DNA of 63,530 nucleotides, filler included, from Pirum gemmata (Eukaryota): NCBI GenBank assembly GCA_002812295.1. It is 16 parts of 16 records of this genome, joined end to end, with 100 filler letters (N's around TTAATTAATTAA, not from the genome) between each part and the next. Parts side by side here need not be neighbours in the genome. Positions count along the whole stretch, not along the records: positions 27,471 to 31,197 come from PDIN01002063.1; positions 31,298 to 34,993 come from PDIN01002064.1; positions 35,094 to 38,821 come from PDIN01002065.1; positions 38,922 to 42,648 come from PDIN01002066.1; 12 more parts are not named here. One strand, 5' to 3'. Shown piece by piece: positions 28,059 to 39,278 of this stretch (position 1 is its first letter; each line of letters starts with the position of its first letter). The notes under the pieces were generated by a model. It saw only the letters and a program-made list of their open reading frames with translations, ran no database searches and was not told where the DNA came from. The position numbers and the translations under genes were made by a program.

Positions 28059-28190
28059 CCAAGAACAAGAACAAGAACAACAACAACAACAACAACAGCA
28101 ACAGCAACAGCAACTGCCACTACTACTGCTACTATTACTACTGTTACTTACTGCTACTCCTTCTATGACTATCACCATGACCACAACTAG
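27471..28190 (+). repeat. (CTA)n/(CAA)n trinucleotide repeats
   Basis: Read directly; the block is duplicated on both sides of the gap at 27770-27924. Confidence 0.9.
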
Positions 28191-28311
28191 TATGTATTTG
28201 CTGTTTGTAGGTTTTACTAAAATATGGTTAATACCATTTTATTATTATAAACGTTTAGGTATCGATTTGGGTCTATCGAATTTGTTTATTTGCTAATAGA
28301 CACCTCTAACT

Positions 28312-30385
28312 ATGAAAAAAAAATACAAAACAAAATTCCCAACGGTAAAGAAAACTTTGTGTTCTTTTTTAATATTTATTTTCAATTGTTTTACTATTTA
28401 TCATGTTCTGTCTGATTATTTCAATTTTTTACTGTCTTCATCAATATTTTATTAACTACTGCGGCTTTTAAACTAATAAATACATTTATTGACATTGGTT
28501 ATTTTAGTTTTTTACTATTTTCATATATATTTATTGTTATGGCTTAAACAAATTAACACACATATGATATATATATATATATATTATAGGCACGCATTAA
28601 AAAAATAATGCAAACCGATGAAGATGTAGGGAAAGTCGCTCAAGCCACTCCTATTCTTATTTGTAAATATTTGTTACTATCATTAGTAGTGTTTTTTTAT
28701 TATTATTAGTATACGTTTTATATTTATGTGTACGAAAGTGTAGTTCATATCACTCTTATATTAATTCGGAATTGTTATATCACGATTGTCATTTGTTTGG
28801 AATTTTAGATGCCGAATATTAGAAAATGACATGAAGAATGAATAATATCTTACCCTAAAAAAATCTATTCGTTTTCATATTTAAAATAGCTAAGGCTCTG
28901 GAAATATTTATGCAAAAACTTATCGATGATTCGGCTGAATACACGCGAGTAAAAAATCAAAAAACTGTTTCTGCCCAACATTTGTAAGAAAGCCTTTGTC
29001 TCTCACAATGCCTCACCATCCCTTACTGTTCTTTACCCACATTCAAACCCACACCCACACCCACACCCACACCCACACCCACATATTTGCAAGAAACCTT
29101 TTATCTCTTGCGATGCCTCGTCACCCCTTACACTGTTCTTTACCCCCCCCCCCCACTCAATATTTGTAAGAAACCCTTTATCTCTTATAATGCCTAACCA
29201 TTCCTTACTGATCTTCATACCCCTAACATTTGTAAGAAACTCACCCTCATATAATGCCTTACAATCCATGCGGTTCGTCCCCCCCACCTCTGTCTCTCTT
29301 TCCTACCTTTTAATCTTTTAAATGTTTTATTTTTATTTTTTTAATTTAGAAAGTCTGCCGTTCATAACATTCCACAATATGATTTTCTAAAACAATTGGT
29401 GAAAGGAGTTTCTGATCCTGTATTGCCAGATGTAAAGGTTCCTGGTAATTACAAACCAAAGAAATCTCAGAAACAAGAAGATGTAAATTTTACAGTAGAA
29501 ATACCAGCCAAAGCAGCACCACAAGCAGCACCACAAGCAGCACCACAAGCAGTACCACAAGCAGTACCACAAGCAGTACCACAAGCAGTACCACAAGCAG
29601 TACCACAAGCAGCACCACAAGCAGCACCACAAGCAGCACCACAAGCAGCAGTACCACGAGCAGTACCACGAGCACCACAGGCAGGACCGTCACAACCAAC
29701 TCCACAAGCAGGACCACAACCTTCACAAACAGCTCCACAGCCTTCACAAGTGCCTTTCCAACAAACACAGTTCCGTCCTCCCCCTCAAGGTATTTTCTTT
29801 TTCTATTTTGAACAAAAAAAAAGAAAAATTACATCTATATTTATGTATAATATTCAAAGATATTTTATTAGTATATTAGTTTTTTCCTGACAATAGGTTA
29901 GATATTTCATAGAAAACTTACTAATTACAAATTCACACTTAACTCATAGTAATTATTGTGGTGTTAGTTTGTTTTAACCTTATTATTATTATTATTATAT
30001 ATTACTCTGTATAGGGCAACATCCCTTTAATTTTCAGCCTCCGACTGGGGCATGGGCTCCAGGTATGTCAATCCCCCCGCCTGGCCAACAGGGTATGGTA
30101 CCGATGATGCAACCAGGAGGCATGCAGATGATGCCTCCCAATTTTAATGCCAATCCAGGGGTCCAGAGACCACCTGGTAATTATGGAATGTCTTGGCAAC
30201 CTCAGTATCCACTGCATGGCCATAGTCAACCACAGCATCATCCTCAACAGCGACCTCCTCACCCTCATTCTCAACAACACCCCCCACAACCCTACCCTCA
30301 ACAACAGTACCCACCTCAACAACGACATTCATTTTCGCAACAGCCCCCACCTCAGCCATACCATCAGTACAACCCACCTAAATAA
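28312..30385 (+). CDS. DRAP1: Negative cofactor 2 alpha (Dr1-associated corepressor; histone fold) with Pro/Gln-rich C-terminus
   Basis: Exons 28312-28344, 28590-28662, 28890-28983, 29350-29789 and 30015-30385 splice in frame: MKKKYKTKFPT-ARIKKIMQTDEDVGKVAQATPILI-SKALEIFMQKLIDDSAEYTRVKNQKTVSAQH-LKSAVHNIPQYDFLKQLV. This is the NC2-alpha/Bur6 signature. Confidence 0.92.
29513..29680 (+). repeat. Coding 12-bp tandem repeat (PQAA/PQAV)n
   Basis: ccacaagcagca / ccacaagcagta repeated about 11 times, then two PRA variants. Confidence 0.9.
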
Positions 30386-31297
30386 ATTGAAAATGAATGA
30401 ATTTAGATACGAGAGAAAATATCGAAAGTGGTGTAGCAATTTTTTTTGTATTGGCACTATATACGAATTGAATTTGTTAGCCTTCTGTAAGAAATCATGT
30501 TCGTAGCTAGGGTAGTACATTGCTTTTCGTGTTTTCTGCTCATCTTAATAGTATCGACTCACGTCTTGATTGATATTTGGATACACCCCTTCCTTTATAT
30601 CTGTTGGATTGGACTCTGAAGAAGTTGTAATGTTTGAGCTCTGCGTAACTAATTTTTTACGTATGTCATAAGGGCAGGAGATTGAGGCATAAAATTTCTT
30701 AACGAGAAATGAAGAGCAAGGTGCACCACACCACCCACCACCATAAACCACCACCACCACCACCACCACCACCACCACTACTACTACCACCATCACCACT
30801 GTCACCATCACTACTACTACTAATGATAAAAATACTAATGCTAGTCATCATTAATTTTCAAAGATAATGTGATTTTTAAAATATCATTAAGGATTCCAGT
30901 GCACGATAGAAACAAGTCCTACTTAGAGGACTGAGTTTAACGATCCATTTACCGAAATTTAGTTTCACACCACGTAAATTTGATTTTAGAATGAAAACGT
31001 ATAATCTTTTTTTTTTTTTTGACCTCCTTTTTGGTTTCTTCAATGATTTTCACAACCTAGGCAAGTATCACCTTTTTATATACTTCTTTTAATGATTGAT
31101 TATGTATTTGGTCAAAATAATAAAGAGTTTGCAGATCATAATAAATTGTATATTAAATAATAGTGTATCCGCAAGGTCCATTTTCTTTTACTCCTGANNN
31201 NNNNNNNNNNNNNNNNNNNNNNNNNNNNNNNNNNNNNNNNNTTAATTAATTAANNNNNNNNNNNNNNNNNNNNNNNNNNNNNNNNNNNNNNNNNNNN

Positions 31298-31672
31298 GGT
31301 TAGGGTTAGGGTTAGGGTTAGGGTTAGGGTCTGAATGCTGTCATAGGTAGGAACTAGAGGCTACGGATTCATATGTCAACTAATTTGGGTTTAGGGTTGG
31401 GATTAGGGTAAAGGTTAAAGTTAAGATTAAGGTTAAGGTTAAGGTTAAGGTTAAGGTTAAGGTTAAGGTTAAGGTTAAGGCTAAGGTTAGGGTTAGGGTT
31501 AGGGTTAGGGCTAAGGTTAGGGTTAAGGTCAGGGTTAAGGTCAAGGTTAAGTTTTGGGTTAGGGTTAGGGTTAGGGTTAGGGTTAGGGTTGGGGTTGGGG
31601 TTAGGGTTAGGATTGGGGTTGTGGTTAGGGTTCTGGTTAGGGACTGTAAGAGTTAGGGGTAAGGTTATGGTT
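31298..31672 (+). repeat. (TTAGGG)n/(TTAAGG)n tract
   Basis: Read directly. Confidence 0.9.
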
Positions 31673-34135
31673 GTCGTAGTGATTCTAGCTTTAGCTTAAC
31701 TACTTATACAAGAAAAAACGTGAATGGTAAAGCTGGCAATAAAAAGGATGCAAGATTAATATTGTTTGAAAAAAGCACCAACTTCTCACGAAAACACACT
31801 GTGAAGTTTTAGATAACACTCTTTTGTAACCTGTAACTCTAATTGTGACTTTCAACGGTTGAATGATATTTGATCTTGCAAATCAGAATTTGTTTTAAGG
31901 AAATTATTCCATGTCTGAAAGAACTCAGCCTCAGTGTTGAAATCAACAGAACGTGATGCATCATCATTTTAGACTCAAAGTATTGTAAAGAGAATCAAAA
32001 CTATATAATCTTTTTTTGTAATTACAACAAATTACACGCACATAATGGCCCACCGACATTGCCACGATGACCAAATTTGCTGATGTTGTTTGCTTAGTTG
32101 AATACTGTTGAATAAAAAGTTTTTCGTGTTTGATAAGGAAGATGCTTTTTTAAGCTTTATTAAGTTTTAAGTGATCATATAATCATTAAGTAAATGTAGT
32201 ATTTTTGTAGTTATTGTTAACGTTATTTTATTCTACTATCGTGCTTTTCAGTTGTTTTGTCTGTCCTCATAAAACATACAATAAAGAGTACCAAATCAAT
32301 ACTATATAAATCCTGTTCATTAAATTTGGTATAATATATATTAATGCTTTATTATTATTAATATTAATATCTATTTATTCATTTTTAAATTATTAATAAA
32401 AATATTTGTCAACTTAAATATTATAACCAACCAAATAAACATTCAGAGTGACAAAATATAAATATAACTACCCGTAGGGGGTCTAGTTAGTTTGATAACA
32501 TAATGTTATGATATAACGTTTTAATTTATATAATTATAATTATCGTGCTTTTTCATTTATTTTGTCATTCTGAATATTATTTATTTGAAGTGTTATGATA
32601 TTATCATTATTAATATCATCTCGTCAACCGCCCTCATAATCATTGAGTGTTTTTTATTACTATAGATAGTCTTATTAATATATTAATAGATGATATTTAT
32701 CTGAGTGATATTTTATAATAATATAAATAACAGTTAGACTACTATGTACATGTGCTTTTCATTTATTTTGTGACTCCAAATATTTATTTGGTTGGTTATG
32801 ATATTTAAATTGACTTTTTTGCACGACCCTAAGTTCCTAACCATAGACCCCTACCCCCGGTCTAGTCTAGTCTACTATCATACTCTGACTACTCTGAGTC
32901 TAGCTGGCTAACTATATAATAACATTATTAATATTGTGGATTATTATAATATTGTGGATTATTATAAATATTGTGGATTATTTATATATATTATAATAAA
33001 TAAATATTGTGGATTATTATAAATATTGTGGATTATAAATAATAAATAAATATGGTGGATTATTACATTGTGGATTGTTATATTGTGGATTATTATTGTG
33101 CTTTTCAGTGGTTTTGTCATCATAAATTTAAAATATACAATAAAGAATACCAAATTATATTAATTAATTAATAACATATAAATCCATTTTATTCATTTTT
33201 AAAAGTGTCAAAACTTAAATATTATAACCAACCAAATAAATATTCAGAGTGATAAAATAAATGAAACGCACTATTTATTGTGAATTATTATATTGTGAAT
33301 TATTATATTGTGAATTATTATCATTATAATAATATTATATTATGATAGTCTATTGTGGATTTTTTTAGTCCATTGTGAATAAATATTATCATAGACAGAT
33401 TTAGACACCTACAGACAGGACTAGCTAGTTGTACTAGACCCTGTGGTAAGGGGTAGGTATACTATGATACTAGTAGGTAGGTAGGTGGTATTTGACCAGA
33501 AATTATCAATAACGTCGAGGGGTAGGTAGGTAGGGGTATTTGAAGCTGTATTTGACCGGAAGTTGGCGTTCGTAGTAGCTAGCTGGGGGCTAGCTACCTA
33601 TCAGATATACTGGAGATCACACAGCCAGCCTTCATCAGGATAGTCTAGCTAGCTAGTAGTAGACTCAGGATTCATCAGGCCAGCTAGCTAGCTAGCTACT
33701 AGTAGTAGCTACTATCATTATTATTTTAGTCTAGCTAGTAGTCTAGCTAGCTAGTAGCTCTACTACTATTGATATCATAGTTTACCTCAGAAAACAATTG
33801 GGAAAACTATATGATATAAAAGTATGATATAGTCTAGTCTACCTTACGAATTGATATACCTTTTAATTAAGAGGTACCTCAGGGCCCAGGCCTACTTACT
33901 ATCAATACTACTAGACTACTAGCTAGCTAGCTATCATTGATAGCAGTTAGCTACTAGCTAGCTAGAGCTAGCTAGCTCTACCTACCTGTAACTACTAGCT
34001 AGTAGCTAGCTAGTAGTAGTTACTAGCTAGACTATCTAGTCTAGCTAGCTAGCTAGCTAGCTAGCTAGAGTCTGAGTAGACTATCGTGTTGTCCAGTTCA
34101 AAAACTGAAATATAAACGTAGACTTAGTCTACCAA

Positions 34136-34366
34136 GTAGGGGTGAGATGACGTCATTTTATTATTACCGAACAGCTGCCGGAACTTCTCCGATTTTATGT
34201 TTTTTATTACTATTAATGTTAATATTATTACGTTAATTGGTATCTACTATAATTAGATATACTATTTTAACCTATTTAACTGCTATTATTAGTAAGGAAC
34301 ACGGAACTAAGGTTGGCTCGATAAGCATCTGTTCGAAAAAAGTTCCAGTAGATATCTCACCCCTAC
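34136..34366. mobile_element. Putative MITE (13-bp TIR GTAGGGGTGAGAT)
   Basis: gtaggggtgagat at 34136-34148 and atctcacccctac at 34354-34366. Confidence 0.6.
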
Positions 34367-35145
34367 TACGATAGTCTACACTAGCTAGCTAGCTAGTAGC
34401 TAGATAGTCTACATTACTTCAGTTATGAATATATTAGTGGCCTAGTCTCTAGCCTAGTCTACTCTTAGCTAGCTAGCTAGCTAGCTAGTATTAGTCTACC
34501 AGAGCTAGCTAGTCTACTCTACTCTACAGAGTCTAGCTGGAGACAGCTAGCTATGACATAGTAGCTAGACTACACTGTTAGCTAGCTAGCTAGCTAGACC
34601 GGTGGGGTCTACTCATTAGACTACAGTGTCACTACACTGCTAGTAGCTAGCTAGCTAGCTAGACCGGTGGGGTCTACTCGTTCTACTCTACTGAGTCTAC
34701 TCGTTCTGTACTGCCGCTGGTCACGTCATATTATTGCTTTATTTGGTATATATCTACACCATAGAGTCCAAGCTAGCTCTAGCTACTAGCTAGCTAGAGA
34801 GTCCAGCCATAGAGTACTTATATGGTCTAGCTAGTAGTAGCTCCAGTGCCTATATGTGTACGCGGACGGCGCCGTCCGCAACTTCAAGTATCTAGCTAGA
34901 ACTCGACAACCAAAACAGCTAAAGTTGTTTCAAATCAACTTGAAATTACTTTCATGAACATGAATTATATGATGTACGATTGAAAAGAACCTTNNNNNNN
35001 NNNNNNNNNNNNNNNNNNNNNNNNNNNNNNNNNNNNNTTAATTAATTAANNNNNNNNNNNNNNNNNNNNNNNNNNNNNNNNNNNNNNNNNNNNATAGCAT
35101 TAATATTATAATATAGATTATATAGTAAAGAAAAAATCGCAGCCT

Positions 35146-35210
<65 letters not shown>

Positions 35211-35952
35211 ACTAGTAGTAGAAAGAAAGAAAGAAAAAAAGAAAAGAAACGAAAAGCAACTCAAAATGAACAGAAAAGAAACAATAACAAAGAGGAAACT
35301 TCGAGCACTAATTACATCATTTACACCCTTCAAGAACTAATGAACTGAACAAAACAAATTGAAAGGGTGCTAGCTAGACCTAGCCCTAGCTAGCGGTTGT
35401 CCTGGCACTGTTTACAATGAATTGTTGGTGTCGAAAAATTAAAAAATTAAAAATAATTTTGTGTAAAATTACACAGCTGAGTAGACGGTCTATGATGAAA
35501 ATAAAAACAACAATCATATTACTTGGTTTTTTCTAATTATTATCGTCTTGTTAGTAATTGGATTTATTTTCATAAAGAACAAAATTTTAAAATTAAAACA
35601 TCGAAAAAGATTTTCTGCTGCTGTTTAATGGAAGTCAAAGGGAAAATTACATATGAGATTGTGGACCACAATTTGTGGTGACAATGTGAGTAGTCTATCT
35701 ATATGAGTTACGATTACGACAACTTGATTTGTACATATATGTCAAGGGCCGAAAGACCCAAATCTGGTTTCAATATATAATATATAATTTATAATCAAAA
35801 ATAATAATAATAAAACAAAAAACAAAACAAAACGAATGTAATTTTTTTATCAATTTTTTTGCAAATCTTGTAATATGATATACAAAAAGGTCCGAAAGAC
35901 CCACATCTGGTTCAATATGTATATATACCTATAATAGTAATAAATTTTTAAA

Positions 35953-35986
<34 letters not shown>

Positions 35987-35995
35987 AAAAAAAAA

Positions 35996-36049
<54 letters not shown>

Positions 36050-36089
36050 AAAACAAAAGTAATAATATAAAAAAAAAAAAAAATTAATA

Positions 36090-37823
36090 ATGATCTTTCT
36101 TTTTTTAAGCAATTTTACTTTCTGGATGTTGATATTCTTGCAAATATCAATAACTCTTTCGTTAACCAACCCAACATTAACCAGAAGAGGTTCTGCTAAT
36201 AATGCTCTTACTACACAAGAACTTATACAGTCTTTAGTCAAGCTTAATGGCCCAATCAACAATAACAATTTTGACGCTTATGCTGTTTACAATATGAGTA
36301 AAGTCAATGAAATTTACGCAGAGACCTATAATTCCACAGCAATTCCTCTACCTCCTTTTCAAGTGTTATATAACATTACTAACGGTACAATAATACAGGG
36401 ACCTTTATTATGGCGAAGTTATTATGTATATATGACTTTTTATAATCCTGTTTATTCTTTCGATATCAATGGAAATATTATTGTTACTCAAACACTTACG
36501 CCAGATAGTTATTATAATGAAACCAACTACTATGACGGTTATGGTCCTTATTACACTAATCAAAGTCTAGGTGGAGCCCTGTTTACTCTTTCTTGCCCTC
36601 TAGTTAAAATGAAAACTGATATATCGGGTGATTTTGTAGCTCTTAATTTAACCGAATCCACGATGCAGATCACTTTAACCGCTTTGGACACCACCGACTT
36701 TCAAAATGATTTTGCGAACTACTGGAAGGATGGAAACAAGTCTGAACTTTATGTACTTGGTAAAGTTAGTAATGAAAATGCTGGGTATCAATCTCTTACT
36801 CCATATTCCTTTGAAGTGTGTACTATTGCAGCACCATCTCTCGAATCGGGGTTTGTTGTTCTTGTTATTAATACTCTTACAAGCAACGTTACAGTAGATA
36901 TAGCTAATATAAGCTGCTATGACCTATTTCCTAATGATCTAAACGAGCTTATGATTCCTCAAAACAAGGATGTTTCAATATATTTATCTCCCAAAAATAT
37001 GGGGTTGTTCTTACAAGATATTTTATCAACTACCTTTCAGTTTTCTAATTTTACTATGGACTACGAGACTGTGAAAATAAGCAAAATGATAGCGCCTCAT
37101 CTTTATGATGTCAGTTACATGCCATCATCGTTTTGTGAGGGAGAACAAATACCTGGAACTGGCAACTCTAATTGTGGGAAAAAATCGGGGGCACAAACGG
37201 AAACGTATGCTGTTGAACCCACCTTCCTAGAAGATGTAACAACCGAAGGTAATGGTGATTATAATTTTACTTTTCAAGAAGCCCACACTGATATTTATGT
37301 ATGTTCTGAGTTGTATGAATCTTGTTTTCATGAACCTTGTACCCCTCCACAATTCGCGGAATGCGGCATATGTTATTACAAAGATGGCAACGAACAAAAA
37401 AGTTATAATCCCGTATTTTATTCTAATGCACAATTGAACATGGCTTTTAAACCAGTGGATGATAATTTAAATGTTTCACTTACGTTTTCAACTTCTTGGA
37501 GTTCTTTGCCTCACGACTGTCAGAGTTCATCGCAGACTGCGAGCTCAATGTCAAACTATACAGCTGGTGCAAGCCCGCAAAGTGACGCCAATTCTCAAAC
37601 CATTTCTGAACAAGTTCAAGCAACCATGAATATGTTTCGCCTTACCAATATTCTTTTTCCAGAATGTAACGTTATGAGTTTTCAAGATGCTGCACATACT
37701 CCTAATTTTGCTATCTTTGGGGTTATGAAAAGTAATCCAACTTGTAATGAAAATAATGAAGTAGGTATCTCCAATGGGTTTAGTATGGAAAAGATTGCTC
37801 GACTAAAAGGATGGATTAATTAA
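36090..37823 (+). CDS. Intronless 577-aa secreted, N-glycosylation-site-rich protein; possible P47/TULIP-like fold
   Basis: Long clean ORF with a hydrophobic N-terminal signal, many NxS/T sites and a Cys cluster near residues 348-430. The fold guess rests on terminal motifs only. Confidence 0.8.
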   Translation: MIFLFLSNFTFWMLIFLQISITLSLTNPTLTRRGSANNALTTQELIQSLVKLNGPINNNNFDAYAVYNMSKVNEIYAETYNSTAIPLPPFQVLYNITNGTIIQGPLLWRSYYVYMTFYNPVYSFDINGNIIVTQTLTPDSYYNETNYYDGYGPYYTNQSLGGALFTLSCPLVKMKTDISGDFVALNLTESTMQITLTALDTTDFQNDFANYWKDGNKSELYVLGKVSNENAGYQSLTPYSFEVCTIAAPSLESGFVVLVINTLTSNVTVDIANISCYDLFPNDLNELMIPQNKDVSIYLSPKNMGLFLQDILSTTFQFSNFTMDYETVKISKMIAPHLYDVSYMPSSFCEGEQIPGTGNSNCGKKSGAQTETYAVEPTFLEDVTTEGNGDYNFTFQEAHTDIYVCSELYESCFHEPCTPPQFAECGICYYKDGNEQKSYNPVFYSNAQLNMAFKPVDDNLNVSLTFSTSWSSLPHDCQSSSQTASSMSNYTAGASPQSDANSQTISEQVQATMNMFRLTNILFPECNVMSFQDAAHTPNFAIFGVMKSNPTCNENNEVGISNGFSMEKIARLKGWIN

Positions 37824-38427
37824 TTTACAACTGAAACCTTGTATAATATTGTTTATAATTACTTTCATACTTTTTTAAAAAGAAAAAAATAGTATTTATA
37901 ATATTAAATATTACATATAATTTTATACTTTTGTCGCATAAAGTGTCTGTATGATATATATAATTATATATATTATAATATTATAAACAACACAAATTTT
38001 AATAAACTTTTTTTATCGATATACGTGATATACATACCTGCAAAATTAATTCCTACAACGCTATTTTTAATTAATTAAAAAACATTGTTTTGTAATGTTT
38101 TAAATTTGTACACCAACCCTAATTATATATAATTATATATAACCCTAACAGTTCCTTAACTAGCCCCTGACTTTAACACTCTTTAACACTCTCTAATAAC
38201 AGTTTAATAACCCCAACCCTAACCAACTCTAATCCGTAACCTTTCTCTCTTTTTTTTTAAAAAAAGACCTCTAAATCCAAACCCTTATGATACCAAGCTC
38301 CAGTCCAAACCCTCTTGAAAAAGTTTGAACCTTGTTCTTCTCAGAATTCTAAAACTTCAGTATAATACACTGAGTCTGTAATCTGTATTACACTCATCAT
38401 CATTGGTTCTTTTTTTTTTTGTTTTTT

Positions 38428-38475
<48 letters not shown>

Positions 38476-38921
38476 CAGGGAGAGTTCAACAAGGAAGTAT
38501 TTATTTTATTAGTTTATAGTGTATATATGGAAGGGTAGTTTATAATAAATAATTAATTTCAATTAGTATGGGTAGTTAAAAAGTAGAGAGAAAAGACAAA
38601 AATCACCAGGAGGTCCTAGTTGAACAACCCCTTATTATTAGCAGTAAGAGGGAAAATGACGAACTGGAATTTGATTCTTAGTTGTAATTATAGATACTTT
38701 TATTCCAAATATAATTATTATAAAAATAAGTATCTCTTTTTTAAGTATATTATTTTCCATTTTAGGATAAAATTATAACTAATAGTTAATCAAGAAGGCT
38801 TAGTAGTTTTTTTTTTTTTTTNNNNNNNNNNNNNNNNNNNNNNNNNNNNNNNNNNNNNNNNNNNNTTAATTAATTAANNNNNNNNNNNNNNNNNNNNNNN
38901 NNNNNNNNNNNNNNNNNNNNN

Positions 38922-39037
38922 GTGGGTGAGTGTGGGTGAGTGTGGGTGAGTGTGGGTGAGTGTGGGTGAGTGTGGGTGAGTGTGGGTGAGTGTGGGTGAG
39001 TGTGAGTGAGTGTGAGTGAGTGTGGGTAAGTGTGGGT
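38922..39037 (+). repeat. (GTGGGTGAGT)n 10-mer repeat, probably intronic to AP-1 mu
   Basis: Read directly. Confidence 0.9.
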
Positions 39038-39278
39038 TCCCATATGAAGGTATTTTTTAAGTTCAAATTAAATGTATCTTTCAATGACTTGTTTGTTTAC
39101 TACACTTAGATACTATAATTTTTATTTTAGATGGATACCTAATTAAACACATGGACATCAATTTTATTAATATAATATATATATAACAGTGTCAAAAGTG
39201 AGAATTTGGGCTGAGAAAGACAACAAAAAAACACCAAATCAATTTTCTGCATTCACTAAATTAAAATACATAAAATAC

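Noticed and set aside
27618..28060. Direct duplication on both sides of an N gap
   Set aside because: Typical unmerged contig overlap at a (CAA)n repeat.
26980..28184. Thr-, Val-, Cys- and Ser-rich ORFs
   Set aside because: Trinucleotide repeats, several crossing N gaps or a linker; no splice or domain support.
30545..31197. Possible minus-strand gene end convergent with DRAP1
   Set aside because: Short coding-like patches only; I could not build a consistent exon chain or recognise a domain.
31760..32100. Minus-strand fragment VGHYVRVICCNYKKRLYSFDSL resembling a Ulp1-type protease
   Set aside because: Only one short motif, broken frames and no catalytic Gln/Cys block found.
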